The notes under the pieces were generated by a model. That model saw only the letters and a list, made by a program, of their open reading frames with translations, had not been told where the DNA came from and did not search any database. The position numbers and the translations under genes were made by a program. A DNA stretch of 64,000 bases, taken from Eledone cirrhosa (Eukaryota). Positions 32,301 to 46,099 of the stretch are shown here, one piece after another. The DNA lies in NCBI GenBank assembly GCA_964016885.1, contig OZ024744.1, forward strand, positions 110,608,001-110,672,000. Reading direction: 5' to 3'. Each line of letters opens with the position of its first letter. Position 1 is the stretch's first letter.

Positions 32301-35300
32301 TAAAACTATACAATCCACTATAACTTACCTTGCTCTGAACACAGTAAAACTACACAATCCACTATAATTTTCTTTGCCCTGAACACAGTAAAACTACACA
32401 ATCCACTATAACTTACTTTTCCCTGAACACAGTAAAACTACACAATCCACTATAAATTACCTTGCTCTGAACACAGTAAAACTACACAATCCACTATAAC
32501 TTAACTGGCCCTGAACACAGTAAACTACAGAATCCACTATAACTTACCTTGCCCAGAACAAAGTGAAACTACGTAATCCACTATACCTTACCTTGCCCTG
32601 AACACAGTAAAACTACACAATCCACTATAGCTTACCTTGCCTTGAAAACAGTAGAACTACACAATCCACTATAAATTACATTGCTCTGAACACAGTAAAA
32701 CTACACAATCCACTATAACTTACTTTGCCCTGAACACATTAAAACTACACACACCACTATAACTTACCTTGCCCTGAACACAGTAAAACTACACAATCCA
32801 CTATAACTTACCTTGCACTGAACACAGTAAAACTACACAATCCACTATAAATTACCTTGCTCTGAACAGAGTAAAACTACACAATCCACTATAACTTACT
32901 TTGCCCATAATACAGTAAAATTATACAATCCACTCTAACTTACCTTGCTCTGAACACAGTAAAACTACACAATCCACTATACCTTACCTTGCACTGAACA
33001 CAGTAAAACTACACAATCCAATATAACATACTTTGCCCTGAACACATTAAAACTACACAAACCACTATAAATTACCTTGCTTAAACACAGTAAAACTCCA
33101 TAATCCACTATAACTTACCTTGACCTGAACACAGTAAAACTACACAATCCACTATAACTTAACTGGCCCTGAACACACTAAACTACAGAATCCACTATAA
33201 CTTAACTGGTCCTGAACACAGTAAAACTACACAATCCACTATAACTGAACTGGCCCTGAACACAGTAAAACTACACAATCCTCTATAACTTAACTGGCCC
33301 TGAACACAGTAATACTACACAATCCACTATAACTTACTTTGCCCTAAATACAGTAAAACTACACAATCCACTATAAATTACCTTCCTCTGAACACAGTAA
33401 AACTACACAATCCACTATAACTCAACTGGCCCTGAACACAGTAAACTACAGAATCCACTATGACTTACCTTGCCCAGAACAAAGTAAAACTACGTAATCC
33501 ACAATACCCTACCTTGTTCTGAACACAGTAAAACTACACAATCCACTATAACTTACCTTGCACTGACACAGTAAAACTACACAATCCACTATAAATTACC
33601 TTGCCCTGAACACAGTAAAACTACACAATCCACTATAACTTACTTTGCCCTGAACACATTAAAACTACACAAGCCACTATAAATTACCTTGCTCTAAACA
33701 CAGTAAAACTTTATAATCCACTATAACTTAACTGGCCCGGAACACAGTAAAACTACACAATCCACTATAACTTAACTTGTCCTGAACACAGTAAAACTAC
33801 ACAATCCACTATAAGTTACCTTGCCCTGAACACAGTAAAACTACACAATCCACTATAACTTAACTGGCCCTGGACACAGTAAAACTACACTATCCACTAT
33901 AACTTACATTGCCCTGAACACAGTAAAATTACACAAACCACTATAAATTACCTTGCCATGAACACAGTAAAACTACACAATCCTCTATAATTAACCTTGC
34001 CCTGAACACAGTAAAACTACACAATCCACTATAACTTACTTTGCCCTGAACACAGTAAAACTACACAATCCACGATAAATTACCTTGCTCTGAACACAGT
34101 AAAACTACACAATCCACTATAACTTAACTGGCCCTGAACACAGTAAAACTACACAATCCACTATAACTGAACTGGTCCTGAACACAGTAAAACTACACAA
34201 TCCACTATAACTTAACTGGCCCTGAACACAGTAAAACTACACAAGCCACTATAACTTAACTGGCCCTGAACACAGTAATACTACACAATCCACTATAACT
34301 TATTTTGCCCTGAACACAGTAAATCTACACAATCCACTATAACTTAACTGGCCCTGAACACAGTAAAACTACATAATCCACTATAACCTACCTTGCCCTG
34401 ATCACAGTAAAACTACACAATCCACTATAACTTATCTTGCACTGAACACAGTAAAACTTCACAATCCACTATAACTTACCTTGCCCTGAACACAGTAAAA
34501 CTACACAATCCACTATAAATTACCTTGCCCTGAACACAGTAAAATTACACGATCCACTATAACTTACTTTGCCCTGAAAACAGTAAAACTACACAATCCA
34601 CTATAAATTACCTTGCTCTGAACAGAGTAAAACTACACAATCCACTATAACTTAACTGGCCTTGAACACAGTAAACTACAGAATCCACTATAACTTACCT
34701 TGCCCAGAACAAAGTAAAACTACGTAATCCACTATACCTTACCTTGCCCTGAACACAGTAAAACTACACAATCCACCATAGCTTACATTGCTCTGAACAC
34801 AGTAAAACTACACAATCCACTATAGCTTACCTTACCCTGAAAACAGTAGACCTACACAATCCACTATAAATACCTTGTTCTGAACACAGTAAAACTACAG
34901 AATCCACTATAACGTACCTTGATCTGAACACAGTAAAACTACACAATCCACTATAACTTACCTTGCACTGAACACAGTAAAACTACACAATCCACTATAA
35001 ATTACCTTGCCCTGAACACAGTAAAACTACACAATCCACTATAACTTACTTTGCCCTGAACACATTAAAACTACACAAGCCACTATAAATTACCTTGCTC
35101 TAAACACAGTAAAACTTTATAATCCACTATAACTTAACTGGCCCTGAACACATAAAACTACACAATCCACTATAATTTAACTGGCCCTGAACACAGTAAA
35201 ACTACACAATCCACTATAAGTTACCTTGCTCTGAACACAGCAAAACTACACTATCCACTATAACTTACATTGCCCTGAACACAGTAAAATTACACAAACC

Positions 35301-38300
35301 ACTATAAATTACCTTGCCATGAACACAGTAAAACTACACAATCCACTATAATTAACCTTGCCCTGAACACAGTAAAACTACACAATCCACTATAACTTAC
35401 TTTGCCCTGAACACAGTAAAACTACACAATCCACTATAAATTACCTTGCTCTGAACACAGTAAAACTACACAATCCACTATAACTTACCTTGCTCTGAAC
35501 ACAGTAAAACTACACATCCACTATAACTTACCTTGCCCTGAACACAGTAAAACTACAGAATCCACTATAATTAACCTTGCCCTGAACACAGTAAAACTAC
35601 ACAATCCACTATAGTTTACCTTGCTCTGAACACAGTAAAACTACACAATCCACTATAGTTTACCTTGCTTTGAACACAGTAAAACTACACAATCCACTAT
35701 AACTTACCTTGCCCTGAACACAGTAAAACTACACAATCCACTATAACTGAACTGGCCCTGAACACAGTAAAACTACACAATCCACTATAACTTAACTGGC
35801 CCTGAACACAGTAAAACTACACAATCCACTATAACTAAACTGGCCCTGAACACAGTAATACTACACAATCCACTATAACTTATTTTGCCCTGAACACAGT
35901 AAAACTACATAATCCACTATAACTTACTCCACTTGCCCTAAACACAGTAAAACTACACAATCCACTCTAACTTATGTTGCACTGAACACAGTAAAACTTC
36001 ACAATCCACTATAACTTACCTTGCTCTTAACACAGTAAAACTACACAATCCACTATAACTTAACTGGCCCTGAACACAGTAAAACTACACAATCCAGTAT
36101 AACTTAACTGGCCCTGAACACACTAAACTACAGAATCCACTATAACTTACCTTGCACTGAACACAGTAAAACTACACAAACCACTATAACTTAACTGTCC
36201 CTGAACACAGTAAACTACACAATCCACTATAACTTACCTTGCCCAGAACAAAGTAAAACTACACTATCCACTATAACTGAACTGGCCCTGAACACAGTAA
36301 AACTACACAATCCACTATAACTTAACTGGCTCTGAACACAGTAAAACTACACAATCCACTATAACTTAACTGGCCCTGAACACAGTAAAACTACACAATC
36401 CACTATAGCTTACCTTGCCCTGAAAACAGTAAAACTACACAATCCACTATAGCTTACCTTGCCCTGAACACATTAAAACTACACAATCCACTATACCTTA
36501 CCTTGCACTGAACACAGTAAAACTACACAATCTACACTATAACTTACCTCTCCCTGAACACAGTAAAACTACACAATCCACTATAACTTACCTTGCACTG
36601 AACACAGTAAAACTACACAATCCACTATTACTTACTTTGCCCTGAACACAGTAAAACTACACAATCCACTATAAATTACCTTTCTCTGAACACAGTAAAA
36701 CTTCACAATCCACTATAACTTAACTGTCCCTGAACACAGTAAAACTACACAATCAACTATAACTGAACTGGCCCTGAACACAGTAAAACTACACAATCCA
36801 CTATAAGTTACCTTGCCCTGAACACAGTAAAACTACACAATCCACTATTACTTACCTTGCCTTGAACACAGTAATACTACACAATCCACTATAACTTACT
36901 TTGCCCTGAACACAGTAAAAGTACATAATCCACTATAACTTACCTTGCCCTGAACACAGTAAAACTACACAAACCACTATAGCTTACCTTGCCCTGAAAA
37001 CAGTAGAACTACACAATCCACTATAAATTACCTTGCTCTGAACACAGTAAAACTATGCAATCCACTATAACTTACATTGCTCTGAACACAGTAAAACTAC
37101 ACAATCAACTATGACTTACCTTGCACTGAACACAGTAAAACTACACAATCCACTATAAATTACCTTACATTGAACACAGTAAAACTACACAATCCACTAT
37201 AACTTACCTTGCCCTGAACAGAGTAAAACTACACAATCCACTATAACATACTTTGCCCTGAACACATTAAAACTACACAAACCACTATAAATTACCTTGC
37301 TCTAAACACAGTAAAACTCCATAATCCACTATAACTTACCTTGCTCTGAACACAGTAAAACTACACAATCCACTATAAATTACCTTGCTCTGAACACAGT
37401 AAAACTACACGATCCACTATAACTTACTTTGCCCTGAACACATTAAAACTACACAAACCACTATAAATTACCTTGCTCTAAACACAGTAAAACTTTATAA
37501 TCCACTATAACTTAACTGGCCCTGAACACAGTAAAACTACACAATCCACTATAACATACTTTGCCCTGAACACGTTAAAACTACACAAACAACTATAACT
37601 TAACTGGCCCTGTTCACAGTAAAACTACACAATCCACTATAACTTAACTGGCCCTGAACACACTAAACTACAGAATCCACTATAACTTACCTTGCTTTGA
37701 ACAAAGGAAACTAAACAATCCACTATAACTTAACTGGCCCTGAACACAGTAAAACTACACAATCCACTATAACTGAACTGGCCCTGAACACAGTAAAACT
37801 ACACAATCCACTATAGCTTACATTGCTCTGAACACAGTAAAACTACACAATCCACTATAGCTTACCTTGCCCTGAAAACAGTAGACCTACACAATCCACT
37901 ATAAATTACCTTGTTCTGAACACAGTAAAACTACACAATCCACTATAACGTACCTTGCTCTGAACACAGTAAAACTACACAGTCCACTATAACTTACTTT
38001 GCCATGAACACAGTAAAACTACACAATCCACTATAACTTACCTTGCACTGAACACAGTAAAACTACACAATCCACTATAAATTACCTTGCCCTGAACACA
38101 GTAAAACTACACAATCCACTATAACTTACCTTGCCCTGAACACATTAAAACTACACAAACCACTATAAATTACCTTGCTCTAAACACAGTAAAACTTTAT
38201 AATCCACTATAACTTAACTTGCCCTGAACACATAAAACTACACAATCCACTATCATTTAACTGGCCCTGACCACAGTAAAACTACACAATCCACTATAAG

Positions 38301-38379
38301 TTACCTTGCTCTGAACACAGTAAAACTACACAATCCACTATAACTTAACTGGCCCTGAACACAGTAAAACTACACTATC

Positions 38380-41300
38380 CACTATAACTTACATTGCCCT
38401 GAACACAGTAAAACTACACAAACCACTATAAATTACCTTGCCCTGAACACAGTAAAACTACACAATCCACTATAACTTACTTTGCCCTGAACACAGTAAA
38501 ACTACACAATCCACTATAAATTACCTTGCTCTGAACACAGTAAAACTACACAATCCACTATAACTTACTTTGCCCTGAACACAGTAACACTACACAATCC
38601 ACTATAAATTACCTTGCTCTGAACACAGTAAAACTACACAATCCACTATAACTTAACTGGCCCTGAACACAGTAAAACTACACAATCCACTATAACTGAA
38701 CCGGCCCTGAACACAGTAAAAGTACACAATCCACTATAACTTACTTTGCCCTGAACACAGTAAAACTACACAATGCACTATAACCTACCTTGCCCTGATC
38801 ACAGTAAAACTACATAATCCACTATAACTTACTCCACTTGCCCTAAACACAGTAAAACTACACTATCCACTATAACTTATCTTGCACTGAACACAGTAAA
38901 ACTTCACAATCCACTATAACTTACCTTGCCCTGAACACAGTAAAACTACACAATCCACTATAAATTACCTTGCCCTGAACACAGTAAAATTACACAATCC
39001 ACTATAACTTACCTTGCCCTGAACACAGTAAAACTACATAATCCACTATAACTTACTTTGCCCTGAAAACAGTAAAACTACACAATCCACTATAAATTAC
39101 CTTGCTCTGAACAGAGTAAAACTACACAATCCACTATAACTTAACTGGCCCTGAACACAGTAAAACTACGTAATCCACTATACCTTACCTTGCCCTGAAC
39201 ACAGTAAAACTACACAATCCACTATAGCTTACATTGCTCTGAACACAGTAAAACTACACAATCCACTTTAGCTTACCTTGCCCTGAAAACAGTAGAACTA
39301 CACAATCCACTATAAATTACCTTGTTCTGAACACAGTAAAACTACACATTCCACTATAACATACCTTGCTCTGAACACAGTAAAACTACACAATCCACTA
39401 TAACTTACTTTGCCATGAACACAGTAAAACTACACAATCCACTATAACTTACCTTGCACTGAACACAGTAAAACTACACAATCCACTATGAATTACCTTG
39501 CCCTGAACACAGTAAAACTACACAATCCACTATAAATTACCTTGCCCTGAACACATTAAAACTACACAAAACACTATAAATTACCTTGCTCTAAACACAG
39601 TAAAACTTTATAATCCACTATAACTTAACTGGCCCTGAACACAGTAAAACTACACAATCCACTAAAACTTAACTGGCCCTGAACACAGTAAAACTACACA
39701 ATCCACTATAAGTTACCTTGCTCTGAACACAGTAAAACTACACAATCCACTATAACTTGACTGGCCCTGAACACAGTAAAACTACACAATCCACTATAAC
39801 TTACCTTGCCTTGAACACAGTAAAACTACACAATCCACTATAACTTACATTGCCCTGAACACCATAAAACTACACAAACCACTATCAATTACCTTGCACT
39901 GAACACAGTAAAACTACACAATCCACTATAAATTACCTTGCCCTGAACACAGTAAAACTACACAATCCACTATAACTTACATTGCCCTGAACACAGTAAA
40001 ACTACACAAACCACTATAAATTACCTTGCCCTGAACACAGTAAAACTACACAATCCACTATAACTTACTTTGCCCTGAACACAGTAAAACTACACAATCC
40101 ACTATAAATTACCTTGCTCTGAACACAGTAAAACTACACAATCCACTATAACTTACTTTGCCCTGAACACAGTAACACTACACAATCCACTATAAATTAC
40201 CTTGCTCTGAACACAGTAAAACTACACAATCCACTATAACTTAACTGGCCCTGAACACAGTAAAACTACACAATCCACTATAACTGAACCGGCCCTGAAC
40301 ACAGTAAAAGTACACAATCCACTATAACTTAACTGGCCCTGAACACAGTAAAACTGCACAATCCACTATAACTTAACTGGCCCTGAACACAGTAATATTA
40401 CACAATCCACTATAACTTACTTTGCCCTGAACACAGTAAAACTACACAATGCACTATAACCTACCTTGCCCTGATCACAGTAAAACTACATAATCCACTA
40501 TAACTTACTCCACTTGCCCTAAACACAGTAAAACTACACTATCCACTATAACTTATCTTGCACTGAACACAGTAAAACTTCACAATCCACTATAACTTAC
40601 CTTGCCCTGAACACAGTAAAACTACACAATCCACTATAAATTACCTTGCCCTGAACACAGTAAAATTACACAATCCACTATAACTTACCTTGCCCTGAAC
40701 ACAGTAAAACTACATAATCCACTATAACTTACTTTGCCCTGAAAACAGTAAAACTACACAATCCACTATAAATTACCTTGCTCTGAACAGAGTAAAACTA
40801 CACAATCCACTATAACTTAACTGGCCCTGAACACAGTAAAACTACGTAATCCACTATACCTTACCTTGCCCTGAACACAGTAAAACTACACAATCCACTA
40901 TAGCTTACATTGCTCTGAACACAGTAAAACTACACAATCCACTTTAGCTTACCTTGCCCTGAAAACAGTAGAACTACACAATCCACTATAAATTACCTTG
41001 TTCTGAACACAGTAAAACTACACATTCCACTATAACATACCTTGCTCTGAACACAGTAAAACTACACAATCCACTATAACTTACTTTGCCATGAACACAG
41101 TAAAACTACACAATCCACTATAACTTACCTTGCACTGAACACAGTAAAACTACACAATCCACTATGAATTACCTTGCCCTGAACACAGTAAAACTACACA
41201 ATCCACTATAAATTACCTTGCCCTGAACACATTAAAACTACACAAAACACTATAAATTACCTTGCTCTAAACACAGTAAAACTTTATAATCCACTATAAC

Positions 41301-41630
41301 TTAACTGGCCCTGAACACAGTAAAACTACACAATCCACTAAAACTTAACTGGCCCTGAACACAGTAAAACTACACAATCCACTATAAGTTACCTTGCTCT
41401 GAACACAGTAAAACTACACAATCCACTATAACTTGACTGGCCCTGAACACAGTAAAACTACACAATCCACTATAACTTACCTTGCCTTGAACACAGTAAA
41501 ACTACACAATCCACTATAACTTACATTGCCCTGAACACCATAAAACTACACAAACCACTATCAATTACCTTGCACTGAACACAGTAAAACTACACAATCC
41601 ACTATAAATTACCTTGCCCTGAACACAGTA
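38380..41630. repeat. Higher-order tandem duplication, period 1,588/1,676 bp (36/38 monomers)
   Basis: AACTGAACCGGCCC marker at 38701/40289 (1588). CACATTCC at 39347/41023 and ACCATAAAAC at 39861/41537 (1676; two extra monomers in copy 2). Confidence 0.9.
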
Positions 41631-44600
41631 AAACTACACAATCCACTATAACTTACTTTGCCCTGAACACATTAAAACTACACAAACCACTATAAATTAC
41701 CTTGCTCTAAACACAGTAAAACTTTATAATCCACTATAACTTAACTGGCCCTGAACACAGTAAAACTACACAATCCACTATAACTTACCATGCCTTGAAC
41801 ACAGTAAAACTACACAATCCACTATAACTTACATTGCCCTGAACACAATAAAACTACACAAACCACTATAAATTACCTTGCCCTGAACACAGTAAAACTA
41901 CACAATCCACTATAAATTACCTTGCCCTGAACACAGTAAAACTACACAATCCACTATAACTTTCTTTGCCCTGAACACAGTAAATCTACACAATCCACTA
42001 TAACTTAACTGGCCCTGATCACAGTAAAACTACACAATCCACTATAAATTACCTTGCTTTGAACAAGGTAAAACTACACAATCCACTATAACTTAACTGG
42101 CACTGAACACAGTAAAACTACACAATCCACTATAACTTAACAGGCCCTGAACACACTAAACTACAGAATCCACTATAACTTACCTTGATCTGAACAAAGG
42201 AAACTATACAATCCACTATAACTGAACTGGCCCTGAACACAGTAAAACTACACAATCCACTATAACTTAACTGGCCCTGAACACAATAAAATTACAGAAT
42301 CCACTATAACTTAACTGGCCCTGAACACAGTAATACTACACAATCCACTATAACTTAACTGGCCCTGAACACACTAAACTACAGAATCCACCATAACTTA
42401 CCTTGCTCTGAACAAAGGAAACTACACAATCTACTATAACTTAACTGGCCCTGAATACAGTAAAACTACACAATCCACTATAACTTAACTGGCCCTGAAC
42501 ACAGTAAAACTACACAATCCACTATAACTTACCTTGCCCTGAACACAGTAAAACTACACAATCCACTATAACTTACCTGCACTGAACACAGTAAAACTGC
42601 ACAATCCACTATAACTTACCTTGCCCTGAACACAGTAAAACTACACAATCCACTATAACTTACCTTGCCCTGAACACAGTAAAACTACACAATCCACTAT
42701 AACTTACCTTGCTCAGAACACAGTAAAACTACACAATCCACTATAACTTAACTGGCCCTGAACACAGTAAAACTACACTATCCACTATAACTTACATTGC
42801 CCTGAACACAGTAAAACTACACAAACCACTGTAAATTACCTTGCCCTGAACACAGTAAAACTACACAATCCACTATAACTTACTTTGCCCTGAACACAGT
42901 AAAACTACACAATCCACTATAAATTACCTTGCTCTGAACAGAGTAAAACTACACAATCCACTATAACTTAACTGGCCCTGAACACAGTAAAACTACGTAA
43001 TCCACTATACCTTACCTTGCCCTGAACACAGTAAAACTACATAATCCACTATAACTTACTCCACTTGCCCTAAACACAGTAAAACTACACTATCCACTAT
43101 AACTTATCTTGCACTGAACACAGTAAAACTTCACAATCCACTATAACTTACCTTGCCCTGAACACAGTAAAACTACACAATCCACTATAAATTACCTTGC
43201 CCTGAACACAGTAAAATTACACAATCCACTATAACTTACCTTGCCCTGAACACAGTAAAACTACATAATCCACTATAACTTACTTTGCCCTGAAAACAGT
43301 AAAACTACACAATCCACTATAAATTACCTTGCTCTGAACAGAGTAAAACTACACAATCCACTATAACTTAACTGGCCCTGAACACAGTAAAACTACGTAA
43401 TCCACTATACCTTACCTTGCCCTGAACACAGTAAAACTACACAATCCACTATAGCTTACATTGCTCTGAACACAGTAAAACTACACAATCCACTTTAGCT
43501 TACCTTGCCCTGAAAACAGTAGAACTACACAATCCACTATAAATTACCTTGTTCTGAACACAGTAAAACTACACATTCCACTATAACATACCTTGCTCTG
43601 AACACAGTAAAACTACACAATCCACTATAACTTACTTTGCCATGAACACAGTAAAACTACACAATCCACTATAACTTACCTTGCACTGAACACAGTAAAA
43701 CTACACAATCCACTATAAATTACCTTGCCCTGAACACAGTAAAACTACACAATCCACTATAAATTACCTTGCCCTGAACACATTAAAACTACACAAAACA
43801 CTATAAATTACCTTGCTCTAAACACAGTAAAACTTTATAATCCACTATAACTTAACTGGCCCTGAACACAGTAAAACTACACAATCCACTAAAACTTAAC
43901 TGGCCCTGAACACAGTAAAACTACACAATCCACTATAAGTTACCTTGCTCTGAACACAGTAAAACTACACAATCCACTATAACTTGACTGGCCCTGAACA
44001 CAGTAAAACTACACAATCCACTATAACTTACCTTGCCTTGAACACAGTAAAACTACACAATCCACTATAACTTACATTGCCCTGAACACAATAAAACTAC
44101 ACAAACCACTATCAATTACCTTGCACTGAACACAGTAAAACTACACAATCCACTATAAATTACCTTGCCCTGAACACAGTAAAACTACACAATCCACTAT
44201 AACTTACTTTGCCCTGAACACATTAAAACTACACAAACCACTATAAATTACCTTGCTCTAAACACAGTAAAACTTTATAATCCACTATAACTTAACTGGC
44301 CCTGAACACAGTAAAACTACACAATCCACTATAACTTACCTTGCCTTGAACACAGTAAAACTACACAATCCACTATAACTTACATTGCCCTGAACACAAT
44401 AAAACTACACAAACCACTATAAATTACCTTGCCCTGAACACAGTAAAACTACACAATCCACTATAAATTACCTTGCCCTGAACACAGTAAAACTACACAA
44501 TCCACTATAACTTTCTTTGCCCTGAACACAGTAAATCTACACAATCCACTATAACTTAACTGGCCCTGATCACAGTAAAACTACACAATCCACTATAAAT

Positions 44601-45450
44601 TACGTTGCTTTGAACAAGGTAAAACTACACAATCCACTATAACTTAACTGGCACTGAACACAGTAAAACTACACAATCCACTATAACTTAACAGGCCCTG
44701 AACACACTAAACTACAGAATCCACTATAACTTACCTTGATCTGAACAAAGGAAACTATACAATCCACTATAACTGAACTGGCCCTGAACACAGTAAAACT
44801 ACACAATCCACTATAACTTAACTGGCCCTGAACACAATAAAATTACAGAATCCACTATAACTTAACTGGCCCTGAACACAGTAATACTACACAATCCACT
44901 ATAACTTAACTGGCCCTGAACACACTAAACTACAGAATCCACAATAACTTACCTTGCTCTGAACAAAGGAAACTACACAATCTACTATAACTTAACTGGC
45001 CCTGAATACAGTAAAACTACACAATCCACTATAACTTAACTGGCCCTGAACACAGTAAAACTACACAATCCACTATAACTTACCTTGCCCTGAACACAGT
45101 AAAACTACACAATCCACTATAACTTACCTTGCACTGAACACAGTAAAACTGCACAATCCACTATAACTTACCTTGCCCTGAACACAGTAAAACTACACAA
45201 TCCACTATAACTTACCTTGCCCTGAACACAGTAAAACTACACAATCCACTATAACTTACCTTGCTCAGAACACAGTAAAACTACACAATCCACTATAACT
45301 TAACTGGCCCTGAACACAGTAAAACTACACTATCCACTATAACTTACATTGCCCTGAACAGAATAAAACTACACAAACCACTATAAATTACCTTGCCCTG
45401 AACACAGTAAAACTACACAATCCACTATAACTTACTTTGCCCTGAACACA
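40480..45450. repeat. Higher-order tandem duplication, period ~2,551 bp (58 monomers)
   Basis: CACATTCC at 41023/43574, CAGGCCCTG at 42141/44692, GCTCAGAACAC at 42711/45263. Confidence 0.88.
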
Positions 45451-46099
45451 GTAAAACTACACAATCCACTATAAATTACCTTGCTCTGAACACAGTAAAA
45501 CTACACAATCCACTATAACTTAACTGGCCCTGAACACAGTAAAACTACACAATCCACTATAACTTAAGTGGCCCTGAACGCACTAAACTACAGAATACAC
45601 TATAACTTACCTTGCTCTGAACAAAGGAAACTACACAATCCACTATAACTTAACTGGCCCTGAACACAGTAAAACTACACAATCCACTATAAGTTACCTT
45701 GCTCTGAACACAGTAAAACTACACAATCCACTATAACTGAACTAGCCCTGAACACAGTAAAACTACACAATCCACTATAACTTAACTGGCCCTGAACACA
45801 GTAAAACTGCACAATCCACTATAACTTAACTGGCCCTGAACACAGTAATACTACACAATCCACTATAACTTAACTGGCCCTGAACACACTAAACTACAGA
45901 ATCCACCATAACTTACCTTGCTCTGAACAAAGGAAACTACACAATCCACTATAACTTAACTGGCCCTGAACACAGTAAAACTACACAATCCACTACAACT
46001 TAACTGGCCCTGAACACAGTAAAACTACACAATCCACTATAACTCAACTGGCCCTGAACACAGTAAAACTACACAATCCACTATAAGTTACCTTGCTCT

